Positions 49,419 to 59,411 of a stretch of DNA of 64,000 bases are shown piece after piece (position 1 is the first letter of the stretch; each line of letters opens with the position of its first letter). A model generated the notes under the pieces. It did not search any database and had not been told where the DNA came from. It saw only the letters and a list, made by a program, of their open reading frames with translations. Made by a program: the position numbers and the translations under genes. The DNA comes from Methylotenera oryzisoli (GTDB taxonomy: Bacteria; Pseudomonadota; Gammaproteobacteria; Burkholderiales; Methylophilaceae): the NCBI GenBank assembly GCA_945872425.1, contig CAMBZE010000003.1, positions 938-64,937 on the forward strand, in the 5' to 3' direction.

Positions 49419-51524
49419 ATGCAAAACAGATTAACACCACAACAACTCACACTCAATATTGATGCAACGCAATTTAGCTTTGCTAACACGTCAGAGTTGG
49501 TTACTGAACATCATAATGACGCACAGTATCAAGCATGGGTCGCGCAGTCAGAAGCTAAAAAAGCGGCTGAGTTTGGCTTGAGCATTCAGCATGCAGGTTT
49601 TAATCTGCTGACATTAGGCGAGCCTGGCTCTGGGCGCACTACGCTGATGCTTAATATGATGCACGATGCCGCAAAAAAACAACCTGTGGCTAGTGATCTT
49701 GTTGCGCTTTACCAATTTGAGGCAAATGGTAAACCTTTGTTTCTAAAATTGCCTGCCGGCGCAGGCACGCAGCTAAAGCTTGCTTTAGATACATTCATTC
49801 GCAATTTTGCTAAAGACTTATCCAGCCTATTGGAAGCCAGAGTACGGCAAAGTTCAATGGCGCCGCTACAAATCTTTTTAGACGGGCAGTTGAGTGCCGT
49901 TAAAGCTAGCCTTACGCTGATTGATGCGAACAAAATGCCTATGCATTACTTCGATCAACTGAAGCAGGACATATTGGAAACTTTAGAGGCCTGGCAGCCG
50001 AACTCTAGTGCAGAGGGTGAACTAAATCTTGAACCTTTGCTGTCGGAGAGTTTTTTTGGGCGCTACCGCGCTAATATATTGGTCGAGCATCATGTCGGTC
50101 AGCGTGCGCCTGTTATTTATGATAATGATCCGAGCTTGCAATCTTTATTCGGCGGTGTAGAAGGTGCCAGTGAGTCTAGCAATGTGCCTGACTTTATGCG
50201 CCTGCGTGCGGGAAACTTACTGCGTGCCGATGCTGGTACGCTATTGCTGCATTTACGCGACATTTTGGCGGATGAGCAAAACGGATCACATATCCTTGAA
50301 AAACTACACCGCTTTTTGCGTAATGGTACCTTGCAAATTGAAGATCTAAGCAGTAGCAGCAATCAGGGTAGTAGCCTCATCAGTGCGCAGGCTGCGATAC
50401 CGGTGGCGGTTAAAATCGTGTTGATTGCAACGCGAGAAGATTATTACGAATTGCTCAGTATCAAGCCGGATTTTTTCGATTACTTTCCTATCAAAATAGA
50501 GTTTGCTGATCAAGTTAAAGCCAACGTTGAAAATTATGCCGCTTATGCCGCATTTGTAGCGCATAAATGCCAGCAACATCATTGCCATCATTTTACTGCT
50601 GATGCCGTAGCGGGCTTATTACAAGCCATGCACAGGTTGATTGAAGATCAAACCAGATTAAGCACCAAGTTTGCTGTGTTAGAAAAATTGCTACTGGAAA
50701 GCGCCGCCACTGCTTCTTTGCGCGGGACCCTTTTAGTTGAAATTAAAGACGTAAAATCGGCAATACAACGTAAATATGCGCGCCATAGTTATATTGAATC
50801 GCATATGCGTGATTCCATTGTCGACAAAGAGTTAATCATTAGCGTGCATGGCGAATGCATTGGGCAGATTAACGGCCTCACACACATTGACCTTTCTGAA
50901 GCGAGTTTTGGCTCACCGGTGCGCATTTCAGCTAATTGTTACGCGGGTAATCGCGGTGTACTCACCATCGACCGCGAGGTATCCATGAGCGGTCCTACAC
51001 ATGATAAAGGCGTGATGATACTGCAAAGCTGGTTACACACTAACTTTGCACGAATGAACCCGCTTAATCTCACTGCGTCATTAGTGTTTGAGCAAGAATA
51101 CAGCGGTGTAGATGGTGACTCTGCCTCATGCGCAGAGCTATTTGCGTTACTGTCATCGCTAGCGCAAGTGCCGATTAAACAGGGCATTGCCGTTACCGGT
51201 GCGCTTAATCAGCATGGCGAAGTGCTGCCCGTAGGCGGCTTGAATGAAAAAATTGAAGGTTACTTCAGGGTGTGTAAAGAAATCGGTCTGGACGGCAAAC
51301 AGGGTGTGCTGATACCCGAGCGTAATATGCGCCACTTAATGTTGAGTGATGAAGTGATTCAAGCCGTCGTCGATGGCAAATTCCAGATTATCACAATGAA
51401 CACTATTGCAGATGGTGTCGCACAACTTACCGGGCGTAGCCTGCAAGAACTTAATAGCCTGGCTGAAGTGGCGTTGAGTGCTTTTAAATTGGTGCTCGAA
51501 CAAAATACGCCAAAAAAATCTTAA
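49419..51524 (+). CDS. Lon-family (S16) protease with degenerate AAA module, LonC/YcbZ-like
   Basis: Walker A reads GEPGSGRTT (K to R). Protease motifs GVDGDSAS (Ser) and PVGGLNEKIEG (Lys) are intact. Confidence 0.88.
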   Translation: MQNRLTPQQLTLNIDATQFSFANTSELVTEHHNDAQYQAWVAQSEAKKAAEFGLSIQHAGFNLLTLGEPGSGRTTLMLNMMHDAAKKQPVASDLVALYQFEANGKPLFLKLPAGAGTQLKLALDTFIRNFAKDLSSLLEARVRQSSMAPLQIFLDGQLSAVKASLTLIDANKMPMHYFDQLKQDILETLEAWQPNSSAEGELNLEPLLSESFFGRYRANILVEHHVGQRAPVIYDNDPSLQSLFGGVEGASESSNVPDFMRLRAGNLLRADAGTLLLHLRDILADEQNGSHILEKLHRFLRNGTLQIEDLSSSSNQGSSLISAQAAIPVAVKIVLIATREDYYELLSIKPDFFDYFPIKIEFADQVKANVENYAAYAAFVAHKCQQHHCHHFTADAVAGLLQAMHRLIEDQTRLSTKFAVLEKLLLESAATASLRGTLLVEIKDVKSAIQRKYARHSYIESHMRDSIVDKELIISVHGECIGQINGLTHIDLSEASFGSPVRISANCYAGNRGVLTIDREVSMSGPTHDKGVMILQSWLHTNFARMNPLNLTASLVFEQEYSGVDGDSASCAELFALLSSLAQVPIKQGIAVTGALNQHGEVLPVGGLNEKIEGYFRVCKEIGLDGKQGVLIPERNMRHLMLSDEVIQAVVDGKFQIITMNTIADGVAQLTGRSLQELNSLAEVALSAFKLVLEQNTPKKS

Positions 51525-51540
51525 CTATTTGCTTTAAAGC

Positions 51541-51936
51541 ATGAACGAAACCGATACAAAGTGCAGATTAGACAAATGGCTGTGGGCGGCACGTTTCTTT
51601 AAAACACGCAGCTTGGCTACCGCAGCAATTGAAACAGGCAAGGTGCATGTCGATGGTGACCGCGTAAAGCCTGCCAAAGAAGTGCGCATCGGGCAGATAA
51701 TTCATATCCGTAACCGAGATTTTGAAATTGAAGTAGATGTTCAGGCACTATCCAATATCCGTAAAGGCGCACCAGAGGCTACGTTGTTATATACTGAAAC
51801 GCCAGCAAGTATCGCCAAGCGCGAAAATGCAAAACTAACCGGTGAAAACGAATTCGCCCAGCGTGACCGTGGGGCAGGGCGGCCAACCAAGCGGCAATTG
51901 AGAGACATCAGGAAATTTACCGGGGACGCTTATTAG
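51541..51936 (+). CDS. hslR: Heat shock protein 15 (S4 RNA-binding)
   Basis: RLDKWLWAARFFKTRSLA, GRPTKRQ.R. Confidence 0.95.
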   Translation: MNETDTKCRLDKWLWAARFFKTRSLATAAIETGKVHVDGDRVKPAKEVRIGQIIHIRNRDFEIEVDVQALSNIRKGAPEATLLYTETPASIAKRENAKLTGENEFAQRDRGAGRPTKRQLRDIRKFTGDAY

Positions 51937-52018
51937 CGAGTAATTTTTGAAGTTGCTTGTTAATAACAAGCAGCTAGCGATCCTAATCTAAAATTTAATC
52001 GAAAGCATTGACACAAAT

Positions 52019-53983
52019 ATGACAAAAAAAATTAACGTCAATACGTTAATGGCAAGTACAGGCATTGGTTTTGGTACGAGTGGGTTACGTGGCTTGGTCG
52101 CGCAAATGAGCGATGAGGTATGTTATGCCTATGTCACAGCATTTTTACAGGAGGTGGTCGGTCATGCTACTCCAATAGGTAAAGTTGTATTGGGGCATGA
52201 TTTAAGGCCGAGCAGTCCGCGCATTGCCAAAGCCTGCGCTTCAGCCATTATAGATGCTGGTGGGCAGGTGGTTTATGCCGGAGCCTTACCTACGCCCGCC
52301 ATCGCGTTTTATGCGATGACTACAAAGGCGCCAGCAATCATTGTTACCGGCAGTCATATTCCTTTTGATCGTAACGGGATAAAGTTTTACCGTGCCGATG
52401 GCGAAATTTCCAAAGATGACGAGTATGCAATTCAGCAGACTGAAGTTGAAGTGCCTAATGAGTTGGTGACCGTAGCGTTGCCAGAGGTCAATCAGTCGGT
52501 CGCTGACTTTTATGTGCGGCGCTATGTGGATTTTTTTGGTGCTGATCATTTTAATGGGTTACGCATAGCCTCTTATGAGCATTCCAGCGTTGCGCGTGAT
52601 TTGATATTGAAAATCTTAAATGCATTGGGTGCCGAAGTCATCAGTTTAGGGCGTACAGAGTCTTTTGTGCCGATAGATACAGAGGCGGTGAGGCCGGAAG
52701 ATGTGGTGCAGGCCAAAGCATGGGCGCATGATTATGTTTTTGATGCTATTTTTTCAACGGATGGTGACGCTGATAGGCCGCTGATTGGTGATGAGCGTGG
52801 TCAATGGTTGCGCGGAGATATGGTAGGCATTCTGTGCGCTAAATTTTTAGCAATTGATACCATTGTTACACCGGTTAGTAGCAACACGCTGGCTGAAAAG
52901 TTAGCCTGGTTTAAGAGTGTGATGCGCACAAAAATTGGCTCTCCCTATGTGATTGCCGCCATGGAGCAAGCCATAGATCAGAATATTGGATCAGTGGCAG
53001 GTTTTGAAGCCAATGGCGGTTTTTTGCTGGCAAGTGAAATAAGTCGAAATGGTAGAATTTTAGCTGCACTGCCTACGCGTGATGCAGTGCTGCCGATGCT
53101 GGCATTACTCAGTTTTGCGCGTGAACTTAAGTGCAGGCTATCTGACCTGGTTTTGAGTTTGCCAGGCCGCTATACCGCTAGTGATCGATTGCAGAATTTT
53201 CCAATTCAACAAAGCGCAAAATTACTGGATATATTGCATAAAAATCATCAGCTCGCAGCGAAAACTCTGGCTCCAAACTCAGGTGATATTATTGCCGTTG
53301 ATTTAACCGATGGCTTTCGAGCCACCTTTAATAATGGTGACATTGTGCATTTGCGGCCTTCTGGCAATGCCCCGGAGCTACGTTGCTATGCTGAGTCTGA
53401 TACACAAAACAAAGCGCAATCGCTATGTGATATTTGTTTAAACGGCATCAAGCTGTATCCACAACAATTACTCAATCAAGCGCAGCTTATTCATTCGTCA
53501 GTAGTAGTAGAAGCGGCGATTGTCAGATTAAGTAAAGAAATCACTCAAGCACTGGAAAATACATCTCCCATTGTTATTTGCGTCATGGGTGGTGGCATTG
53601 TGTTTGCAGGACAATTGCTGACACAACTAAAATTCCCGTTAGAGCTGGACTATGTTCATGCGAGTCGCTACCAAAATGAAACTGTAGGTACAACGCTCAA
53701 TTGGAAAGCATTGCCCAAGTTGGATTTATCGGGTCGTACTTTGTTGTTGGTGGATGATATTTTAGACGAAGGCATTACCCTGCAAGCGATTAAGGAAAAA
53801 TGTTTAGCACTGGGCGCAAAACAAGTATTGTCTGCGGTATTGGTTGAAAAGAAACTTGATCACAGCAAGCCCATTGCTGCAGATTTTGTTGGGCTTGAGG
53901 TACCTGATCATTATGTGTTTGGGTGCGGCATGGATATTTACGGGTGGTGGCGCAATCTCCCCGAAATTTACGCGCTAACGTAG
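52019..53983 (+). CDS. In-frame fusion of an alpha-D-phosphohexomutase (ManB-like) and a hypoxanthine-guanine phosphoribosyltransferase
   Basis: Mutase motifs FGTSGLRG, TGSH, DGDADR, FEANGG, RPSGNAPELRCYAE. These run without a stop into an Hpt-like domain with VICVMGGG, YVHASRY, LLVDDILDEGITL and VFGCGMD. Confidence 0.88.
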   Translation: MTKKINVNTLMASTGIGFGTSGLRGLVAQMSDEVCYAYVTAFLQEVVGHATPIGKVVLGHDLRPSSPRIAKACASAIIDAGGQVVYAGALPTPAIAFYAMTTKAPAIIVTGSHIPFDRNGIKFYRADGEISKDDEYAIQQTEVEVPNELVTVALPEVNQSVADFYVRRYVDFFGADHFNGLRIASYEHSSVARDLILKILNALGAEVISLGRTESFVPIDTEAVRPEDVVQAKAWAHDYVFDAIFSTDGDADRPLIGDERGQWLRGDMVGILCAKFLAIDTIVTPVSSNTLAEKLAWFKSVMRTKIGSPYVIAAMEQAIDQNIGSVAGFEANGGFLLASEISRNGRILAALPTRDAVLPMLALLSFARELKCRLSDLVLSLPGRYTASDRLQNFPIQQSAKLLDILHKNHQLAAKTLAPNSGDIIAVDLTDGFRATFNNGDIVHLRPSGNAPELRCYAESDTQNKAQSLCDICLNGIKLYPQQLLNQAQLIHSSVVVEAAIVRLSKEITQALENTSPIVICVMGGGIVFAGQLLTQLKFPLELDYVHASRYQNETVGTTLNWKALPKLDLSGRTLLLVDDILDEGITLQAIKEKCLALGAKQVLSAVLVEKKLDHSKPIAADFVGLEVPDHYVFGCGMDIYGWWRNLPEIYALT

Positions 53984-54100
53984 TGTTAGCGTTCATTTCT
54001 CGCGGAAATTTTTTACTAATGATTGGTGTATAATGAGCTGGCTAGACTTGCCAGTGCTAGAGTTTTGAGTTGTTTTGATTAAAACATTTAATTAAAACAA

Positions 54101-54185
54101 TGGTGCCCAGAAGAGAACTCGAATCTCCACATCTTTCGATACTAGTACCTGAAACTAGCGCGTCTACCAATTCCGCCATCTGGGC
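54101..54185 (-). tRNA. tRNA-Leu(CAG), 85 nt, CCA encoded
   Basis: Acceptor GCCCAGA/TCTGGGC, anticodon loop TTCAGGT, long variable arm, TTCGA T-loop, ACCA end. Confidence 0.97.
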
Positions 54186-54255
54186 AACTTTTAGCTATAC
54201 GGTTTCTACCATCAATAGCCAATAAAGGTGTCGAATTTTATATTAAAGGTAAGCT

Positions 54256-56703
54256 TTGTCAATGACAAATCATAGAAATAATCACAAAAGCAAAAGAAGT
54301 AATGACCCACACGCTACGCGCGAGGCGAGTCGTTATGAGACACCGTTGCCCAGTCGTGAATTTATATTGGCGACGATGGGCGAGCAGGGCGTTCCATTAA
54401 GCATGGAGCAGTTATATTTGTTGCTAGATATTAGCGATGCTGAGCGTGAGGTTTTTAATAAGCGCTTGAACGCCATGGAGCGTGAAGGGCAGATTATCAG
54501 GAATAGAAAAGGCGCGCTGTGCATTGCTGACAAACTCGATCTGATTGCCGGCGTAGTACAAGGGCATCCTGATGGTTTTGGCTTTTTGATTCCGGACGAC
54601 AAAACAAAGTGCAATGGTGAGGATCTATTTTTAAGTCCGAAAGAAATGTCGCAGGTGATGCATGGCGATCGCGCCATGGTGCGCATGAGCGGTTTGGATA
54701 GAAGAGGGCGGCCGGAAGGGAAAATAGTCGAGGTGCTGGAGCGACGGACGCAACGTCTGGTTGGCCGAGTGATCCGCACGGCTGGTGTAACCATTGTTGC
54801 GGCGGAAGATAAGCGCGTTAATCTGGATATTTTGATTCCGTATCATTTGGATATGCAGGCTAAACCTGGGCAGGTGGTGATGGTAGAGCTCACCGAGCAA
54901 CCGTCAGCGCATGCGCAGCCTATGGGTAAAGTGGTTGAGATTCTAGGTAACTACGCTGACAGTGGCATGGAAATTGAAATCGCTCTGCGTAAGCATAATT
55001 TACCCCACGAATTTAGTGCGGAGTCGGTCAGGCTTGCGGAGTCGTATCCTAAGTTAGTGCAAGCCACTGATTACAAAGGCCGTATTGATAACCGAGAAAT
55101 GCCGCTGATTACGATTGATGGCGAAACGGCGCGCGACTTTGATGATGCCGTGTATGTTGAACCGCAAGGCAAAGGTTGGCGATTAGTGGTGGCTATTGCC
55201 GATGTCAGTTTTTATGTGAAACCCAATGATGCTCTGGATAAAGGCGCGTTTGACCGTGGGAATTCTGTGTATTTTCCACGACGCGTGATCCCGATGCTGC
55301 CAGAAGCTTTGTCCAATGGCTTGTGCTCACTGAACCCTGATGTAGAGCGCTTGTGCATGATATGCGACATGCAAATTGATGGTGCCGGCATTGTTAAACA
55401 GTATAAGTTTTATCCTTCTGTTATGCGCTCAAAAGCACGCATGACTTACACGCAAGTGCATGAAATACTGCAAAATCCACAAGGTGAGCTAGCGCAAGAA
55501 TATGCTTGGCTCGTGCCGCACCTGCAACATTTATACAGTGTTTATCAATTGTTACAAACGCAGCGTGAAAAGCGCGGTGCCATTGAGTTTGAATCATCCG
55601 AAACCATCATGATTTTTAACGACCAAGGCAAGATCGAGCGTATTGAGCCTAGCACTCGCAATGAGGCGCATAAGCTGATTGAGGAATGCATGTTGGCCGC
55701 CAATGTCTGTGCGTCCGAGTTTTTGAAAAAACATGAGCATCCGGCTTTGTACCGTATCCATGAGGGCCCAACGCCGGAGAAGCTGGAGCTTTTGCGTACG
55801 TTTATGGCTGAATTTGGTTTTGGGGTTGGCGGTGGCGATTCTCCACAAGCCAAAGATTACTGCAAATTGCTGGATCGGATTAAAGATCGTCCGGATGCGC
55901 AGTTATTGCAGACTGTATTATTGCGTTCTATGCAGCAGGCGGTGTATAGCCCTGATAACGTAGGTCACTTTGGCCTTGCCTATGAGGCATACGCGCACTT
56001 TACATCGCCTATACGGCGTTATCCGGATTTGCTGATACATCGAGCGATCAAAGCGGTATTAAATGGTGATCAATACAAAGCGGGAAACTGGAGTGAATTG
56101 GGTATGCATTGCTCGATGACCGAGCGGCGTGCCGACGATGCAACGCGCGATGTGACCAATTGGCTCAAATGCTTTTATATGCAGGATAAAATTGGTGAGG
56201 TGTTTGAAGGCACGGTTGCCGGTGTTACCAGCTTCGGTCTGTTTGTGGCGTTGGATGGTGTCTATGTTGAGGGCCTACTGCACGTAACCGAGCTGGGTAA
56301 TGATTATTTCCACTATGATAAAGCGCGTCATGAAATGCTGGGGGAACGTACTGCTGCGCGCTATCGTTTGGGAGACAGATTAACGATTAAAGTTGTGCGC
56401 GTAGATTTGGAAACTACTAAAATAGATTTTACTTTAGCAAGTAAAAATAAAGAGTTGGATGATAATCCTAATGTTGATTATAATAAAATAAGCGCTGATA
56501 TTAAAACGGGTGGCAGAGAAAAATCTACTGTAAAATCCGCCTCTGAATTTAAGGGTGATAAATTTGGCGTTAAACCCAAAGGCAAACCTGTCGAAAGATC
56601 AGCAGGACAATCAACGCTTTCAACAAATCCTAAAAAACAGAATAAACCCAGCAAACCCGGTAAAAGGGTTGAGCGTGCTACTAAACGTAAGGTAAAAAAA
56701 TGA
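54256..56703 (+). CDS. rnr: Ribonuclease R (start TTG 54256 or ATG 54262)
   Basis: [55 protein letters not shown]1 domain, basic tail. Confidence 0.97.
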   Translation: MSMTNHRNNHKSKRSNDPHATREASRYETPLPSREFILATMGEQGVPLSMEQLYLLLDISDAEREVFNKRLNAMEREGQIIRNRKGALCIADKLDLIAGVVQGHPDGFGFLIPDDKTKCNGEDLFLSPKEMSQVMHGDRAMVRMSGLDRRGRPEGKIVEVLERRTQRLVGRVIRTAGVTIVAAEDKRVNLDILIPYHLDMQAKPGQVVMVELTEQPSAHAQPMGKVVEILGNYADSGMEIEIALRKHNLPHEFSAESVRLAESYPKLVQATDYKGRIDNREMPLITIDGETARDFDDAVYVEPQGKGWRLVVAIADVSFYVKPNDALDKGAFDRGNSVYFPRRVIPMLPEALSNGLCSLNPDVERLCMICDMQIDGAGIVKQYKFYPSVMRSKARMTYTQVHEILQNPQGELAQEYAWLVPHLQHLYSVYQLLQTQREKRGAIEFESSETIMIFNDQGKIERIEPSTRNEAHKLIEECMLAANVCASEFLKKHEHPALYRIHEGPTPEKLELLRTFMAEFGFGVGGGDSPQAKDYCKLLDRIKDRPDAQLLQTVLLRSMQQAVYSPDNVGHFGLAYEAYAHFTSPIRRYPDLLIHRAIKAVLNGDQYKAGNWSELGMHCSMTERRADDATRDVTNWLKCFYMQDKIGEVFEGTVAGVTSFGLFVALDGVYVEGLLHVTELGNDYFHYDKARHEMLGERTAARYRLGDRLTIKVVRVDLETTKIDFTLASKNKELDDNPNVDYNKISADIKTGGREKSTVKSASEFKGDKFGVKPKGKPVERSAGQSTLSTNPKKQNKPSKPGKRVERATKRKVKK

Positions 56704-57449
56704 GCGATGCCCGTATTTTATTTGGCTTTCATGCCGTGCTCAGTCGTTTGCGCCAACATAGCGCAAGTGTGCAAGAAATTTTAATCGACCGCGATCGCGT
56801 TGATGCGCGTATGAAAGACCTGCTCAATATCGCTGAAACCGCTGGTGTGCGCACCATGCAGGTGGAACGTAGCAGGCTGGATGGCATGGCAGGCATGAAT
56901 GGTCGGCATCAAGGCGTTATCGCGCGCGTAGTCGATACACCAATTCCGTATAAAGACATTCATGATATTTTAGAATCTGATTTAACTGAACCGCCGTTCT
57001 TTTTGATTTTAGATGGTGTAGAAGACCCGCATAACTTGGGTGCCTGCCTGCGCGTGGCCGATGCCATGGGTGTGCACGCCGTGATTGCACCTAAAGATCG
57101 AGCCGCTGGCTTGAACGCAACGGTGCGTAAAGTCGCCTGTGGTGCAGCGGAAACAGTACCCTTTATTGCTGTGACTAATTTAGCCAGAACGATACGAGAG
57201 CTGAAAGATGCCGGAGTTTATGTGGTGGGTACGACGATGGATGCGCCGAGTACATTGCTCAATACCAAGCTTGAGGGCCCCATTGCCTTAGTATTAGGCG
57301 CAGAGGGCGATGGCATGCGCCGCTTGACCGCTGAAACTTGCGATGCCTTAATGACGATTCCAATGTTCGGCTCAGTTGAGAGCTTGAATGTAAGCGTCGC
57401 CAGTGGCATATGTTTGTATGAGGTACGTCGCCAGCGCAGCTTAGCGTAA
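56700..57449 (+). CDS. rlmB: 23S rRNA (G2251-2'-O)-methyltransferase
   Basis: [38 protein letters not shown]; 4-bp overlap with rnr. Confidence 0.97.
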   Translation: MSDARILFGFHAVLSRLRQHSASVQEILIDRDRVDARMKDLLNIAETAGVRTMQVERSRLDGMAGMNGRHQGVIARVVDTPIPYKDIHDILESDLTEPPFFLILDGVEDPHNLGACLRVADAMGVHAVIAPKDRAAGLNATVRKVACGAAETVPFIAVTNLARTIRELKDAGVYVVGTTMDAPSTLLNTKLEGPIALVLGAEGDGMRRLTAETCDALMTIPMFGSVESLNVSVASGICLYEVRRQRSLA

Positions 57450-57713
57450 TATCACTTATCCGTTAGATAAAGCGATTGTTATAATGATGTCCTAGACTTA
57501 TGGTCTATTCCAGTAGCAGCATTACTATCAAGAAATGAATCATATATTGCACGCATAACTGAAGAGATTTCATGGCTAAAAAATATGAAGTCTCCTTAAC
57601 TGCTCTCGATAGAGGGGTTGAGTCAGCGTGATTTTTTATTAAATCCGCCAATTATTAAAAGTAGTGGCAATCCCCCTCAAGTCCACAGTGTACAATGGTT
57701 TCGTAAATAATCC

Positions 57714-57797
57714 GTCATGCCGTGCACGACACGGCATCCAGTGTCTTTGAATTAAATAATCCTAGAGCCACTGGATACCGGCTTTCGCCGGCATGAC
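57714..57797. repeat. gtcatgccg...cggcatgac double-hairpin REP-like element (family D)
   Basis: Left hairpin atgccgtg-cacga-cacggcat then ccagtg; right cactggat-accggc-tttc-gccggc-atgac. Lies between convergent rlmB and mqo. Confidence 0.75.
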
Positions 57798-57884
57798 AAC
57801 AAAAATAACTATCGTATTATGGCATCAATTATTTACTGGAATAGCTATAGTTGCATGAGCTGCTTGCACCGCGCTCATGCAATA

Positions 57885-59366
57885 TCACGTCAGTTTCAGT
57901 GTGTTAAGTGTCTGTGTGCGCACTTGTTTGAGTAGATTTGCATCGTCAATCAGTGACTCACCAAATGATGGAATCGCAGTTTTAATTTTCTGCTGCCAGT
58001 CATTGTGTTCCATACGGTCCTTGAAACAGCGTTTCATTACATCTAGCATGGCTTGAACCGATACTGAGGCGCCTGGCGAGGCGCCTAGCAATGCCGCGAT
58101 ACTGCCGTCACTAGAAGTCACGATTTCAGTGCCAAACTCCAGTTTTCCACCTTTTTCATCACATTGCTTGATGATTTGCACACGGTTACCAGCCTCAGCG
58201 AGTACCCATTCTGAATCTTTGGCAGCAGGGTAATATGCACGCAAGGTATTCATGCGCGCTTTATGTTTTTGCAGGGACTCGCCGATTAAATAGCGCGTGA
58301 GATCCATATTGTTTTTGCCTACAGCTAACATTGACAATACATTGTTAGCTTTAACTGATTGTAGCAAATCGAGTTTTGAGCCTTGCTTTAGAAATTTGGT
58401 GGTAAAGCCGGCGTAGGGACCAAATAAAAGGGCGGGTTTGCCTTCAATTAAGCGCGTGTCCAAATGTGGCACAGACATTGGCGGCGCGCCAATCGCCGCT
58501 TTGCCATAGACTTTGGCTAAGTGTGTTTTTATTACGGCATCATTCTTACATACCAGCCATTGACCACTGACCGGAAAGCCGCCATAGCCTTTACTTTCCG
58601 GGATATTGGTTTTTTGTAATAAAGGCAGGGCACCGCCGCCAGCCCCTAAAAATACAAACTTAGCCTGCAGTGTTTTTGGATGTTTGGATATGGAGTCTTT
58701 TACTGCCACATGCCAGATGCCGCTTTTATCTTGTTTTAGTGTTTTTACCTGGTGATTCAACAGTAATTTGAAGTTGGCATTTTGCTGCATACTCGTGACC
58801 AAGTGACGTGTTAGTGTGCCAAAATCAACGTCTGTGCCATGGTCAACGCGTGTGGCGGCAATACGGGCAGTGGCGTCTTGGCCATCCATAACAAGCGGCA
58901 TCCAATCCCTCAATGTGGCGGCGTCTTCACTGTATTGCATCGCTTCAAATAATGGATGCCGACTTAACAGCGTATGGCGTTTTTTTAGAAAAGCAATGTC
59001 ATCATCACCCCAAACCACGCTTAAATGCGGTGTTTTATTGATAAAATTTTGTGGGGCGGGTAGCTTGTGTTTATCGACCAGATACGACCAATATTGTAGT
59101 GAAACCTCGAAAGCGGCATTGATGCTGAGTGCGCGTTTGATGTCTATATCACCATTCTCAGCTTGTGGTGTGTAATTCAGTTCGCAATAACCAGCGTGCC
59201 CGGTGCCTGCATTATTCCAACTGCTGGAGCTTTCGTGAGCGATTTCACCCAAACGCTCAACCATGACAATGGACAAGCTTGGATCAACAAGTTGCAGCAA
59301 TGAACCTAATGTGGCGCTCATAATGCCGCCACCCACTAATAACACATCCACTTTGTTTTCAGTCAT
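57885..59366 (-). CDS. mqo: Malate:quinone oxidoreductase
   Basis: LVGGGIMSATLG, NNAGTGHAGYCELNYTP, GTDVDFG, PPMSVPHLDTR, LLGASPGAS. Confidence 0.96.
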   Translation of the reverse strand: MTENKVDVLLVGGGIMSATLGSLLQLVDPSLSIVMVERLGEIAHESSSSWNNAGTGHAGYCELNYTPQAENGDIDIKRALSINAAFEVSLQYWSYLVDKHKLPAPQNFINKTPHLSVVWGDDDIAFLKKRHTLLSRHPLFEAMQYSEDAATLRDWMPLVMDGQDATARIAATRVDHGTDVDFGTLTRHLVTSMQQNANFKLLLNHQVKTLKQDKSGIWHVAVKDSISKHPKTLQAKFVFLGAGGGALPLLQKTNIPESKGYGGFPVSGQWLVCKNDAVIKTHLAKVYGKAAIGAPPMSVPHLDTRLIEGKPALLFGPYAGFTTKFLKQGSKLDLLQSVKANNVLSMLAVGKNNMDLTRYLIGESLQKHKARMNTLRAYYPAAKDSEWVLAEAGNRVQIIKQCDEKGGKLEFGTEIVTSSDGSIAALLGASPGASVSVQAMLDVMKRCFKDRMEHNDWQQKIKTAIPSFGESLIDDANLLKQVRTQTLNTLKLT

Positions 59367-59411
59367 ATCTTAAAAGATTATAAAATATTTAACGGGTTAT
59401 TGGCCTTAAAC

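Noticed and set aside
57470-57600. Open frame DLWSIPVAALLSRNESYIARITEEISWLKNMKSP after rlmB
   Set aside because: No start codon or RBS and no recognisable family; possibly a gene remnant but unsupported.
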